Shown: positions 1-10,132 of the stretch, piece after piece
Numbering within the stretch: position 1 is the first letter of the stretch
Layout of the letters: every line of letters starts with the position of its first letter
Source: an uncultured delta proteobacterium
GTDB taxonomy: Bacteria; Desulfobacterota; Binatia; UBA9968
DNA length: 64,000 nt
NCBI GenBank assembly: GCA_963745035.1
Contig: CAVUVW010000002.1
Location: 160,001 to 224,000 of the forward strand
Direction of reading: 5' to 3'
Position numbers and translations under genes: made by a program
Notes under the pieces: generated by a model
Database searches by the model: none
What the model saw: the letters and a program-made list of their open reading frames with translations, nothing else
Told to the model about the DNA's origin: nothing

Positions 1-1075
1 GACTCAAGAGCGGTTGCCAGGTGCCGCCGGGACTCAGCGAGCCTCTCAGCTCGCCGGCTTCAATGCACGAGCGGAGAATCTCGATGTCCTGCATCAAGGA
101 AGAAAGCAGAAGCTGCGACGACGCGCTCGTTTGGCGTTTGGCGTAGCCGGTCAAAAGCTGGGCGACGCCGAGAAATCCCTCCAGCTTGGTAATCAGGCGG
201 AGCATCGTCGAGTACTGGCCCCAGCCGTGGATGTAGTTGATGCCGGAAAGGAGCTTGGGGTCCTTGTAGACAAACACCCGCTCCCACGGCACCACCACGT
301 CGTCGAAGATCAATGCGGCGTCGACTTCGTCGAAGCGCGTGGTCAGCGGATAACGCTCGGGGTCGGCGTGCGCGGCGTAAAGATCGCGGCACACGATCTT
401 GAGTCCCGGCGCATTCATCGGAATCGCGAACGCAATCGCATAGTCCCGCTCATCGGGATCGCGCGGCCGGTTGGGATAGACGAGAACTTCATCGGAGATC
501 GGCGCCAGGGTCGCCAGCGTGCGCAGCCCGCGCACCACCGGACCCGCCTTGGTTTCACCGACGATGTGCAGGATCAGATCGGGATCGTCCTGCTCGCTCA
601 CCCGCTTGGTCCGATCGTAGTACTGGTCGGTGAGCGCGTGGGTCAGGCAGAGATCGTTGCGGCTCGCATGGCGATGATACGCGCGGGCGTTTTCGGCCCA
701 TTGCTTGTTGGTCTTTTCGATCAGATAGGTCCAATCCAAAAGTCCGACCACGAGCTCCGCGACAAATTCCGGGTAGCGCCCCATCTGGCCGCAGGTCTGC
801 TCGGCCCAGAACTCGATGTTGCGGCGCTTGAGAGCTAATTGTTCGCGGTTCTTGGGCGCCAGATAGCTGTAGGAAATCCGCTCGCCGGCGGCTTCGAAGG
901 TCATGACGTCGCGGTACTCGGGCTGGTGTTGCTTGTCGTAGAGGTCGGCGAGGGTTTTGATGGTGCCAGTGAAACCGGCATGAGTGGTGACGTCGGCAAT
1001 ACGCCGGCCGGCGTGCCACACCTCGCGGCCGTCGCGCAGCGCCCTAACGTAGTCGGCGCCCGTTCTAACGCCCAT
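1..1075 (-). CDS. 4-hydroxyphenylacetate 3-monooxygenase (HpaB-family) oxygenase component, partial (runs off window start)
   Basis: Hand translation from ATG 1075: MGVRTGADYVRALRDGREVWHAGRRIADVTTHAGF...LADLYD, a typical HpaB N-terminus; absent from the ORF track because there is no stop in the window. Confidence 0.85.
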   Translation of the reverse strand, partial: MGVRTGADYVRALRDGREVWHAGRRIADVTTHAGFTGTIKTLADLYDKQHQPEYRDVMTFEAAGERISYSYLAPKNREQLALKRRNIEFWAEQTCGQMGRYPEFVAELVVGLLDWTYLIEKTNKQWAENARAYHRHASRNDLCLTHALTDQYYDRTKRVSEQDDPDLILHIVGETKAGPVVRGLRTLATLAPISDEVLVYPNRPRDPDERDYAIAFAIPMNAPGLKIVCRDLYAAHADPERYPLTTRFDEVDAALIFDDVVVPWERVFVYKDPKLLSGINYIHGWGQYSTMLRLITKLEGFLGVAQLLTGYAKRQTSASSQLLLSSLMQDIEILRSCIEAGELRGSLSPGGTWQPLLS

Positions 1076-1231
1076 CGAACCCGGTCTTCCAAACCGCCGC
1101 TGGTGCGACTTTGAGCATGCAAGTTTATAGCGTCAATTGCGCGAATCAGGCAACCGATCGCCGACGGAAATCGTTTTGCGTTCGCCGGCTAACCTGAATC
1201 GTTTAAGCACCGCGAAACCATGAACATCGCG

Positions 1232-2584
1232 CTAGGCGCGAATGACGTCGCATAGCGGCCGCAGGCTGCTCAGTGTTTCCAACTTCTGGATATTTTCCAA
1301 CGCCTGCTGCGCGGCGGCGTGTGGAATCGCGTGCTTGGCGCAGTCGAAAAATTTCTCGTTGAGCTCGGCTTCGGTCATGGGGAATTCGGGGCTGCCTTTG
1401 GCATGCTGCGCTTCGCGCGTGTAAGTTTCGCCGTTCTTCAAACGCACCGTCACCCGGCAAGGACGCCCAGCCAGATCGGTTTTCTTGAGATTGTTATCGA
1501 GATTCATCTTCACCCGCTCGGCGAGCTTCAAGACGTTCGGCTCGCGCACGGCGCTCTCGGTGAACGTATCGATGCCGACTTTGCCGTCGATCAGCGCGCG
1601 CGCGACCAGGTACGGCATGCAAAATTTTCCCTGAATGCTGGTTTGCGGCACGCGGAAAGCGATGCGGTCGTACGTGTGCTTGACCACGTCCACATCCACC
1701 GATTCCACGATGTCCGGGGTCAAGCCGTGCTTGGCGCGGAATTCGAGGATCGAATCGATCACTTGATGAGTGAGCCCGCCGCACGGATACGGCTTGATGC
1801 GCAGCCCGTCGGCGAGAAGCGCGTACGATTTCCCCAGCTCTTCGATCGCTCCCTCGTGAATCGCCGTGCCGCCGTGAAGCACTTGATAGAAACCCACGCC
1901 GGCTTCGATCGCCTTCGCGTTCGCCGTAAAACCGCCCTGGGCAAGCTTGGCGGCGAGCACGCCGTTGCGCGCGCCGAGACCGACGTGGAGCGGCTTGGTC
2001 ATGGTACCGAAGTTGGCGACCACTCCGCCGGCCATCGAGGCGGTAATGCCGAGCGCCATTTCAATTTGCCGGGCGCTTAGACCGAGCAGCTTGGCGCAGC
2101 CCGCGGCCGCGCCGAACACACCCAAGCTACTCGGCGCATGCCAACCTTCGTGAGCGCTATCGCGCAAAGAATGAACCAGCTTGCCGGTCACTTCGTAGCC
2201 CGCGACGTAGGCTTCGATCACTTGCCGGCCGCTGCTGCCGAGCGCTTCGCCAAGCGCGAAAATGGCGGGAATGATCGGTGCGGTAGGTTGGCCCATGAGG
2301 GTAAAGCTGTGGTCGAAATCGAGCGCGTGCGCCGCCGTGCCGTTGGCGAACGCCGCCTGCAGCGCCGAACTCTTGAAGCCCCGGCCGATGACGCTCGTCT
2401 CCTCCTTGGCGTTTTCCTGGCGCGCAATCTCGGCGCAAATTTTTGCATCCTCTTCCTGGCTGCCGGCCAGCGCCACGCCCAGACAGTCGCGCACGGCCAT
2501 CTTGGTGGTCTGCACGGCGGCGGCAGGAATGTTCTCGTATTTCAATGCCGTGGTGAATTCGGCGATTTTCGCGGTGACGTCCAT
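1232..2584 (-). CDS. MmgE/PrpD family protein
   Basis: Motifs ANGTAAHALDFD, GTMTKPLHVG, KPYPCG and KGSPEFPMT; GGAGG RBS before MDVTAK. Confidence 0.92.
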   Translation of the reverse strand: MDVTAKIAEFTTALKYENIPAAAVQTTKMAVRDCLGVALAGSQEEDAKICAEIARQENAKEETSVIGRGFKSSALQAAFANGTAAHALDFDHSFTLMGQPTAPIIPAIFALGEALGSSGRQVIEAYVAGYEVTGKLVHSLRDSAHEGWHAPSSLGVFGAAAGCAKLLGLSARQIEMALGITASMAGGVVANFGTMTKPLHVGLGARNGVLAAKLAQGGFTANAKAIEAGVGFYQVLHGGTAIHEGAIEELGKSYALLADGLRIKPYPCGGLTHQVIDSILEFRAKHGLTPDIVESVDVDVVKHTYDRIAFRVPQTSIQGKFCMPYLVARALIDGKVGIDTFTESAVREPNVLKLAERVKMNLDNNLKKTDLAGRPCRVTVRLKNGETYTREAQHAKGSPEFPMTEAELNEKFFDCAKHAIPHAAAQQALENIQKLETLSSLRPLCDVIRA

Positions 2585-2667
2585 AAGGCCTCCCAATGCG
2601 GTTGGTTAGTGATCGTCGAATTTTCCTTCTAGCAAAGCCGGGCGGGTCTGACCAGGCCAAAAATACA

Positions 2668-2755
2668 TTCACCGCGGAGCCGCGGAGGGCGCAGAGTTCG
2701 GAAATTTGTTGATGACGAACTCTTCCCTCGGCGTCCTCCGCGCCTCTGCGGTGAA
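2668..2755. repeat. Intergenic palindromic (REP-like) element
   Basis: TTCACCGCGGAG...GCAGAGTTC is an imperfect inverted repeat of GAACTCT...CTCTGCGGTGAA. Confidence 0.6.
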
Positions 2756-2832
2756 GATCCGAATTCGTTACATCTCCGCGCGTCGACGGCCAATCGGTTT
2801 CGTGTTACCAGTTATGAAACAATCGCCGCCGT

Positions 2833-4471
2833 ATGGATGTAGATACTCCGCAGCACGGCCGCGCCAACGTGGCGCGCAACGCCGGGATCATCGGTTTGGC
2901 CGTGATGGCGAGCCGTGTGCTCGGTTTGGTGCGCGACCAGGTTTTTGCCGCCTTCTTCGGCGCCGGGCTTCAATTCGACGCGTTCATCACTGCCTTTCGT
3001 ATTCCCAATCTATTGCGCGACCTGCTCGCCGAAGGCGCGCTCTCTTCGGCCTTCGTCACGACTTTCACTCAGACTCTGAGCGGCAAGGGCAAAAGCGAGG
3101 CGCTTCGGTTATCGAATCGGGTCGCCACCTTGATCATCCTGTCGATCACGACGATTTCCATCGTCGCTTGGATTTATGCGCCGGCCATCGTGCGCCTGCT
3201 CGCTCCCGGTTTCTTCGACGTCCCCGGGAAGGCCGAGCTCACGGTCGAGCTCACCCGCATCATGATTCCATTCCTGTTGCTGATCGCCCTGGCGGCGCAG
3301 GCGATGGGCATGCTCAATGCGTTCAATATCTTCGGTCTGCCCGCGCTCGCCTCGGCTTTTTTTAATCTCGGCTCGATCATCGGCGGGCTACTGCTCGGCT
3401 TCTCTTTGGGACCGATGATCGGCCTCTCGCCGATCGCCGGCATGGCCTACGGCACTTTGATCGGCGGTTTCCTGCAGCTCGCGGTTCAGTGGCCGAGCTT
3501 GCGCCGTTGCGGCATTCGTTATTCTCCCGACTTGAACGTGAGCGATCGCGGGGTGCGCCAAATCCTGCGGCTCATGGGGCCCGCCGTTATCGGCACCGCC
3601 GCCGTGCAAATCAATGTCTTCGTCAACACCAACTTCGCCTCCGCCATCATCGATCCCGGCGACGGGCGCCGTCGTTAACGGCCCGGTTTCCTGGCTGAGC
3701 TATGCGTTTCGCTTCATGCAGTTTCCCATCGGCGTCTTCGGCGTCGCCATCGCCACCGCGGCGCTGCCGAGTCTATCCCGCAGCACGGCTAATCCCGATA
3801 ACATCGAGTTTCGGCAAACTTTGGCGCATTCTTTGGCTCTGGTATTTCTTTTGTGCATTCCATCGGCCGTCGGCCTCGTGGTGCTTGGCCGCCCCATCGT
3901 CGCGCTCATTTTCGAGCATGGAAAATTTACCAGCTTCGACACCGTCCAAACCGCCAATGCCCTGGCGGCCTACTCACTCGGCCTTGCCGGCTACGCCGCA
4001 GTCAAGGTGTTGTCGCCTGCCTTCTACGCCCTCAACGATGCGCGCACGCCGATGCTCGTGAGCCTGGGCTCCATCGCCGTGAACTATGCGATGAATACCC
4101 TCCTCGTCGACCGTTTCGGCCACGTCGGTTTGGCGTTCTCGACCTCCGCCGTCGCGCTGGTGAATTTCTTGCTGCTCGCGCTGCTCATGCGCCGGCGCAT
4201 CCGCAGGCTCGAAGGCCGGCGCCTCGGCAAGACCGTGCTGCGGATCTCAGCGGCATCGCTGATGATGGCCGCCGCCGCGTGGATCGCGAGCGAATTGGCC
4301 ACAAATCTGCCTCTCCAGGGACTCGCGCTTCATCTGCTTCAGGTGATCGCAGGTATCGGCTCCGCGGCTTTGGTGTTTTACTTCGCTTGCCGCGCGCTGC
4401 AGGTCGGTGAGTTGGATGATACGATCAACACCATCGCCGGTCGATTCCTGCGCTCAAGGCGACGGAGCTAG
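2833..4471 (+). CDS. murJ: Lipid II flippase MurJ, with one frameshift near 3656
   Basis: SRVLGLVRDQ, AFRIPNLLRDLLAEGALSSAFV and RFMQFPIGVFGVAIATAALP; the two ORFs join by removing one C. Confidence 0.93.
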
Positions 4472-4535
4472 CCTCATCACGCATTGACAGCCGCCATCCG
4501 ACTAAATAACAATCCAGCCGTCCAAGGAGGTATCC

Positions 4536-5021
4536 ATGCCTAAAGTCACTTCGCTCGGCCACTTGGGTTTTTATGTGCGCGACATGGAGCGGTCCGTCGC
4601 GTTTTACCGCGACATTCTCGGCCTGCAGGTAAGCGACCGCAGCCCGCGCGGCGCCGTGTTCATGACCGCGCAGGATCGTTTGGCCGAGCATCATGAGCTT
4701 TACCTCGCGCCGGGACGCAACGACGAAGGCAACGTGAACGTGATTCAGCAGATCTCCTTTCGCTGCGCCACCCTCAAGGACGTCAAAGACTTTCATCGCG
4801 TGTTCGTGGACAACAACGTGCCGATCAACCGGGTCGTGAGCCACGGCAATACGGTCAGCATCTACGCCCAGGATCCCGACGGCAATTCCGTCGAAGTCTA
4901 CTGGCCGAGCGGCGTCGACGTGCCGCAGCCTTTCGGCAAGCCAATGGACCTGACCAAGAGCGACGCGGAAATCCGCGAGCAACTGAATCAGATTCTCAAA
5001 GAGTGGGAACAGTCGGTGTAG
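4536..5021 (+). CDS. VOC/glyoxalase-family metalloprotein
   Basis: LGHLGFYVRDMERSVAFYRDILGL...HHEL...SIYAQDPDGNSVEVY; AAGGAGG RBS. Confidence 0.88.
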   Translation: MPKVTSLGHLGFYVRDMERSVAFYRDILGLQVSDRSPRGAVFMTAQDRLAEHHELYLAPGRNDEGNVNVIQQISFRCATLKDVKDFHRVFVDNNVPINRVVSHGNTVSIYAQDPDGNSVEVYWPSGVDVPQPFGKPMDLTKSDAEIREQLNQILKEWEQSV

Positions 5022-5088
5022 CGCGTGTTAAGAGGGCCGACCGCAAGGCTAAATGATCATTTGGCGCGAAAACAAACGGGAGGTAACG

Positions 5089-5754
5089 ATGCCGCATATT
5101 CCTTACGTCGATCCTGAAACCGTCGCCGATCCGGAGATCAAAGGCTATCTCGAGCGCGCGCGCCGCGAAGGCACGCCGCGGCCGGAGAGCCAGGCCGTTC
5201 GCGCGCACGTGCCCAATGTCATCCGCGCCTTCTCGCAGGCCTGGGAGCTCACTTTCCGCAACGGCGTCGCCGATCATGCGCTCAAGGAGCTGTGCCGCGT
5301 CTACGTTTCCAAATCGATCCAGTGCGAGTATTGAGGCGTGCAGCGCTCCGTCCAGGCTGGACGGCAGGGCCTCACCGAAGAGAAATACGACGAGCTTCTC
5401 AACTTTTCCGACTCGGACAAATTCACCGAGCGCGAAAAGGTCGCGCTCACCTACACCAGCGCGATCGCCTGGAATTCCGACATCGCCGACGACGCGCTGT
5501 GGGAAAAACTGCACCAGCACTTCACGATACCCGAGCTGGTCGAGCTCGGCTTTTTCATCGGCCTCACTCTGGGCCAGCAGCGCTGGATCAAGACCCTGGG
5601 CATCGATCACGGCGCGGTGCTAGGCGACACCACCGCAGGTCTGGCGCCGACCGTGCGAGCTATTGAAACAAGGCAACACTTACAACACGTGAAGAAGTTT
5701 TCGAGGCGTCCTATGCCTCTCCCTCTGGGAGAGGCCGCCGCAGAGCGGCGCTGA
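5089..5754 (+). CDS. AhpD/carboxymuconolactone-decarboxylase family protein, probable selenoprotein (CEYU, UGA at 5332-5334)
   Basis: ORFs 5053-5334 and 5338-5754 share a frame. KELCRVYVSKSIQCEY*GVQRS puts the stop at the second Cys of the AhpD CxxC motif; the C-terminal half (FTEREKVALTY, LHQHFTIPELVELG) is typical CMD. Confidence 0.85.
5332..5374 (+). promoter_or_regulatory. Putative bacterial SECIS element
   Basis: Upper stem CCGTCC(5348-53)/GGACGG(5359-64) with AGGCT loop starting 19 nt after the UGA; lower stem TGAGGC/GCCTCA(5369-74). Confidence 0.7.
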
Positions 5755-5857
5755 GGGACTGCGGCACTCCCGCGCACTGGCCGAGCAAGCCTTTCTGGAC
5801 CCGCGCCAATCACCAAGCACGCACGCCCTCACCCCTCCCTCTCCCAAAGGGCGCGGG
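5716..5857. repeat. REP-like palindromic element between convergent genes
   Basis: CCTCTCCC-TCT-GGGAGAGG hairpin; TGAGGG pairs with CCCTCA, followed by CCCTCTCCCAAAGGG. Confidence 0.6.
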
Positions 5858-5859
5858 TG

Positions 5860-7566
5860 TCAACGCCAACAACGCGTCTCATCAACCTCAGCCGATAGCG
5901 ACGCGTAAGTCGTTTCAAGAACCCTCACATCATCCACGGCAAAGATCGATAGCGCCTCGCGCCGATTTCTTACTGTCAGCTCATGGCGCGGCAGCCGCGT
6001 CGTATCCAAACCGGATTGCCGCGCGACTTCATCGGAGATTACCAGTTGGCAGCCGTATTCCTTGGTGGAATCCTGCAGGCGGCTCGCCACGTTCACGGTG
6101 TCGCCGATCGCGGTGACATGCACCGTCGCGCCGTAACCCATGCGCCCCACGACGGCGGGCCCGCAGTGAATGCCGATGCCGATCTTCAGCGGCTGCGCCA
6201 GTTCGTCGCTAAGCGACCGGCTGAGCGCATCGACCCGCTCGACCATGCTTCTCGCGGCGGCCAGCGCCTCGCGGCAGCCTTCCTGCGGTCCGTTCTCCAC
6301 GCCGAACAACGCCATGACGCCGTCGCCGATGAATTTGTCGACCATGCCGCCCGCGCTCGTGATCGCTTCGCCGACGGCTTCGAAGTAGCTGTTCAAAAGA
6401 AAAACCAGATCGTAGGGCAATTTTTGTTCGGCGATGCCGGTGAACGTGCGCAGATCGGCGAACAAAATGGCGATCGTGCGCTCCTGTCCCGCGAGGTACG
6501 AAGGCTGGGCATAGCCGTCGCTCGCCTGCGCGGTGGCCGGCAGAAGCGGTATCACTGAAGCATTTCCGCTGGGTCTGAGCTGGCAGGCCAGCCTCACGCC
6601 GGGCGGCGCGCCGACGCGATCGAGCACGCGCTTTTCGGCGGCGCTCGCCGCCGGCAGCGCCGCCATAGTCGCGCCGACGCGCACCCGGCAGGTTGAGCAG
6701 CGGCCGCGCCCGCCGCATACCGACGCGTGCGGAATGCTGGCGAACCGGCTCGCTTCGAGAACTGAAAACCCGCGCGGCACGGGCACCTCGCGGCCGCCGG
6801 GATAGGTAATCCAGATGCGGCTGCGGCGGTCGATGAGCTGGCGAACCAAGCGAGCGATCAGTACCAGCGCCAGACACCCCCAGAATCCGTAGACAATTCC
6901 ATCGCGCACTCGAACGAGACCGCTGCCATCGCCGATGGCCGACGCGTTCGTAGCCTGCTTGAGCTGGTCGATCCAGGCGGGATTCCGGGCTATGAGAAAT
7001 TCGACTTCCCTCCCGGCTTGAACGAAGCCGAGCAGAGCGAGCACCGGTACGAGAAGAGCGGCCGCGAAGAGCACAATGGCATAGCGCGGAAACCACGGCC
7101 GCAGACGCAGTGAAAAAAACAGGCCGATGCAGCCGTGCGTCCACGCGATCGCGATGAGCAACGCCTGCCTGATCCCGAGGACGGGAGTCGTGTGCCACAG
7201 TGCCAAAACCGTTTTCGCATACAGGTCTTCCACGCCGTACCACTCATACGCGAGCCGGGTGCCGGCAAAATGCGTTGCAAGAAGCGGCGGAATACAAAGC
7301 CCAAGCACGAGCTGGAGCGCCTCCCAAAACGGCATACGCAGGTGGTGGCGCTGATAAATCGCCCAGAGCGCCAGACCAAAGTGGATGAGCAGAGAACCGT
7401 AGAACGCAGTCGTGCCGATCGGGTTGCGCCACAACGCAAGAAACCAGATGCGGCCGTTTTCCATGGCGTCGAGAGAGATCAAGCCGAGCGCATGATTCAA
7501 GAAATGGGTCGCGAGATAGGTAAACAGGACGCTTCCGGTGATGAGGCGAATCCGGCGAATGTTCAT
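5860..7566 (-). CDS. Membrane class III adenylate cyclase with His-rich TM domain and 2Fe-2S ferredoxin domain (CyaC-like)
   Basis: TM helices with conserved His; CGGRGRCSTC...RLACQ; FADLRTFT, KFIGDGVMA and TAIGDTVNVASRLQ. Confidence 0.9.
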   Translation of the reverse strand: MNIRRIRLITGSVLFTYLATHFLNHALGLISLDAMENGRIWFLALWRNPIGTTAFYGSLLIHFGLALWAIYQRHHLRMPFWEALQLVLGLCIPPLLATHFAGTRLAYEWYGVEDLYAKTVLALWHTTPVLGIRQALLIAIAWTHGCIGLFFSLRLRPWFPRYAIVLFAAALLVPVLALLGFVQAGREVEFLIARNPAWIDQLKQATNASAIGDGSGLVRVRDGIVYGFWGCLALVLIARLVRQLIDRRSRIWITYPGGREVPVPRGFSVLEASRFASIPHASVCGGRGRCSTCRVRVGATMAALPAASAAEKRVLDRVGAPPGVRLACQLRPSGNASVIPLLPATAQASDGYAQPSYLAGQERTIAILFADLRTFTGIAEQKLPYDLVFLLNSYFEAVGEAITSAGGMVDKFIGDGVMALFGVENGPQEGCREALAAARSMVERVDALSRSLSDELAQPLKIGIGIHCGPAVVGRMGYGATVHVTAIGDTVNVASRLQDSTKEYGCQLVISDEVARQSGLDTTRLPRHELTVRNRREALSIFAVDDVRVLETTYASLSAEVDETRCWR

Positions 7567-7833
7567 GAAAGTTGCGTCAATCTACTACGAGGCAGCCGTG
7601 CCGTCTACGCACACGGGTCGGTGATTCGCATCAGCCGAATCCAAAGCGAGTGCATCATCACTGGCGGACGGCGATACGTTTGGGATGCAGCTACGGTGAG
7701 CTAGAACGCTCCTTCGAAAGTACAGGTACGGAATGGTAGCGGCTTGCAACGTAGCCGTTGGTTCCGTCATACCCGCGAAAGCGGTATCGCGTACGAGAAA
7801 GAAGTGAACGAAGGTTTGCCAAGACGGAAGCAA

Positions 7834-8550
7834 CTAGCGGGCTTTAGCCGCCGATAACTTTCGCTCTGGATTTTGGCTCGAAACACCGGCAAGCGTACTG
7901 AGTTGAAGCCAGGATCGTAGAGATCGTTTGAGTTCCGGTAGACCGTCCAGCTCAATGCGACCGGAGTCAAGCGCATACCTCAAAGTCATGTCGCCCATCC
8001 ACACAGCGGTCATTGTGCGAACATCGGTGAAGATATAAAGGTCCGCCTCGAAGCCGGGATCGGTTACGCAGAGGTCTAGCCCGTCTTTATCGCCGACCAA
8101 CCACCAGCGCCGTTTGGACTGAGCCACATCCGAAAACTCGAACTGAACGACAATGCGTCGAGCGGGAAATTGCTGAGGGTCGATGCGCCGCCGAATGTCC
8201 CACATCAACAGGCCGGGATCGAGTTCATCGGTCGTCAGGCGGCTTCGAACCCAACGCTGGCCCCACACGCCGAGCATTTCGACTACCGGACGGAGCTCCT
8301 GCCCTGCATTCGTCGGCTGATATTCCCAACCTTTATCCGAGCGCGCCCGGCGCCTTTCGATGACTCCCGCCGCCTCGAGAAACTTCAAGCGTTTGGAGAG
8401 CAAGGTAGGCGACATAAGCGGCACGCCCTTGCGCAAATCGTTGAACCGCCGGCTGCCGGAGAGCAACTCCCGTAACACCAGCAACGTCCAGCGCTCGGTG
8501 AGAATTTCTGCCGCCTTAGCGACGGGACAGAACTGACCGTAACCTTTCAT
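7834..8550 (-). CDS. HxlR-family winged-helix regulator with SCP2-like C-terminal domain
   Basis: YGQFCPVAKAAEILTERWTLLVLRELL...RRFNDLRKGVP. Confidence 0.9.
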   Translation of the reverse strand: MKGYGQFCPVAKAAEILTERWTLLVLRELLSGSRRFNDLRKGVPLMSPTLLSKRLKFLEAAGVIERRRARSDKGWEYQPTNAGQELRPVVEMLGVWGQRWVRSRLTTDELDPGLLMWDIRRRIDPQQFPARRIVVQFEFSDVAQSKRRWWLVGDKDGLDLCVTDPGFEADLYIFTDVRTMTAVWMGDMTLRYALDSGRIELDGLPELKRSLRSWLQLSTLAGVSSQNPERKLSAAKAR

Positions 8551-8585
8551 GGCAAAAATACTAACGCTAAAGCCGTACGAGCACT

Positions 8586-8602
8586 AGTACATTTATTGTA
8601 CT
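8586..8602. promoter_or_regulatory. Candidate HxlR operator
   Basis: Perfect inverted repeat AGTACA-N5-TGTACT in the divergent intergenic region. Confidence 0.55.
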
Positions 8603-8662
8603 TGATCGAAATGGTGACGAGGAGTACCTCCTAGTCAAGAAGATTTTAGCAGGAGGTGTAAC

Positions 8663-10051
8663 ATGCTCGAGCGAAATATTATCGATAGCTTCAGAACGCG
8701 TTTGCGCGGCCCGCTCATGCTCCCCGGCGAGCCCGGCTACGATGACGGACGCGCCATCTGGAACGCCATGATCGACCGTCAGCCGGCGCTGATTGCGCGC
8801 TGCCTCGGCGTCGCCGATGTCATATCGGCGGTGAACTTCGCGCGCGAGCACGGTCTCACTTTGTCGATCAAAGGCGGCGGTCATAACATCGCGGGACTTG
8901 CCGTGTGCGACGGCGGAATCGTGCTCGACATGTCGCTCATGCGCGGCGTTTGGGTGGACCCGAACGCGGGCACGGCCCGCGCCCAACTCGGCTGCCTCTT
9001 GGGTGACGTGGACCGCGAGACGCAGATTCACGGTCTTGCCGCAGTGCTCGGCTTCGTCTCCATGACGGGCATAGCGGGCCTCACGCTCGGCGGCGGTTTC
9101 GGTTATCTCACGCGCCGCTTTGGCTGGAGCAGCGATAACGTCCTGTCGATGGACGTGGTCACCGCGGACGGGCATGTCGTGCGGGCAAGCGAAAGGGAGA
9201 ACAGCGATCTTTTCTGGGGCCTTCGTGGTGGTGGCGGCAATTTTGGGGTTGTGACGAGCTTCGAGTACAAGCTCCATCCGGTCGGGCCCGAAGTCATGGC
9301 AGGCGGGATCGCCTGGTCTGCTGAGCATGCTCATGATGTGATCGAGATGTACCGCGCGTTCACCGAGCAAGCCCCGCCGGAGCTCACTTGTGTCTTGGCG
9401 CTCCGCAAGGCCCCGCCGGCGCCATGGCTGGCGAAGAGTGTTCACGGCCAATCTATCGTCGCGATCTTTGTTTGCCATACCGGCGCGATCAAGGAAGCAG
9501 AAAAACAAGTCGCCCCGATCAAGGCTTTCGGTTCTCCGGTGGGCGACATTATCCAGCCAAGATCCTACGTGTCGCAGCAGAGCCTGCTGGATGGGACACA
9601 GCCGAAGGGCCGGCGCTACTACTGGAAATCAGAATACCTGCCTCGGCTTGAGGCGGAAATGCTCGCCAAGGCAATCGAGCACGCCGAACGAATCGCGTCG
9701 CCTCACTCGGCGATCCTGCTCTTCCCTGTCGATGGAGCGCTCAACCAGTTTCCCGAAGATCACTCCGCCGTGGGAAACCGAGACGCTGCCTTTGTACTCA
9801 ACATCGCGGCGTCGTGGGAAAATGCCGGGGACGATCAGGCGAACATCGACTGGTCGCGTGCGGCTTGGCGCGACATGCGCCGTTTCTCAACGGGCGGTAC
9901 ATATGTCAATTTCCTGACCGAGGAGGAGAGTGACGAGCGCATCCGCGCCGCTTACGGTAAGAACTATCGCGGGCTCGTTGACGTCAAGACGAAGTGGGAC
10001 CCGGAAAACCTGTTCCGGACAAACAAGAACATTGCGCCTGCGAAGTCTTGA
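8663..10051 (+). CDS. FAD-linked oxidase, berberine-bridge-enzyme (BBE) family
   Basis: IKGGGHNIAG (covalent FAD His), GLTLGGGFG, LFWGLRGGGGNFGVVT, YVNF...KTKWDPENLF. Confidence 0.92.
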   Translation: MLERNIIDSFRTRLRGPLMLPGEPGYDDGRAIWNAMIDRQPALIARCLGVADVISAVNFAREHGLTLSIKGGGHNIAGLAVCDGGIVLDMSLMRGVWVDPNAGTARAQLGCLLGDVDRETQIHGLAAVLGFVSMTGIAGLTLGGGFGYLTRRFGWSSDNVLSMDVVTADGHVVRASERENSDLFWGLRGGGGNFGVVTSFEYKLHPVGPEVMAGGIAWSAEHAHDVIEMYRAFTEQAPPELTCVLALRKAPPAPWLAKSVHGQSIVAIFVCHTGAIKEAEKQVAPIKAFGSPVGDIIQPRSYVSQQSLLDGTQPKGRRYYWKSEYLPRLEAEMLAKAIEHAERIASPHSAILLFPVDGALNQFPEDHSAVGNRDAAFVLNIAASWENAGDDQANIDWSRAAWRDMRRFSTGGTYVNFLTEEESDERIRAAYGKNYRGLVDVKTKWDPENLFRTNKNIAPAKS

Positions 10052-10132
10052 GGGAAGTAAAGCGGAGCTGTACGTCAACGCGCTGACGTTCTACAAGCAC
10101 TGGGAGTGCTTTAGTTCTGGCGGCAAGGAAAG

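Noticed and set aside
14-838. 274-aa plus-strand ORF
   Set aside because: Antisense shadow of the minus-strand HpaB-family gene
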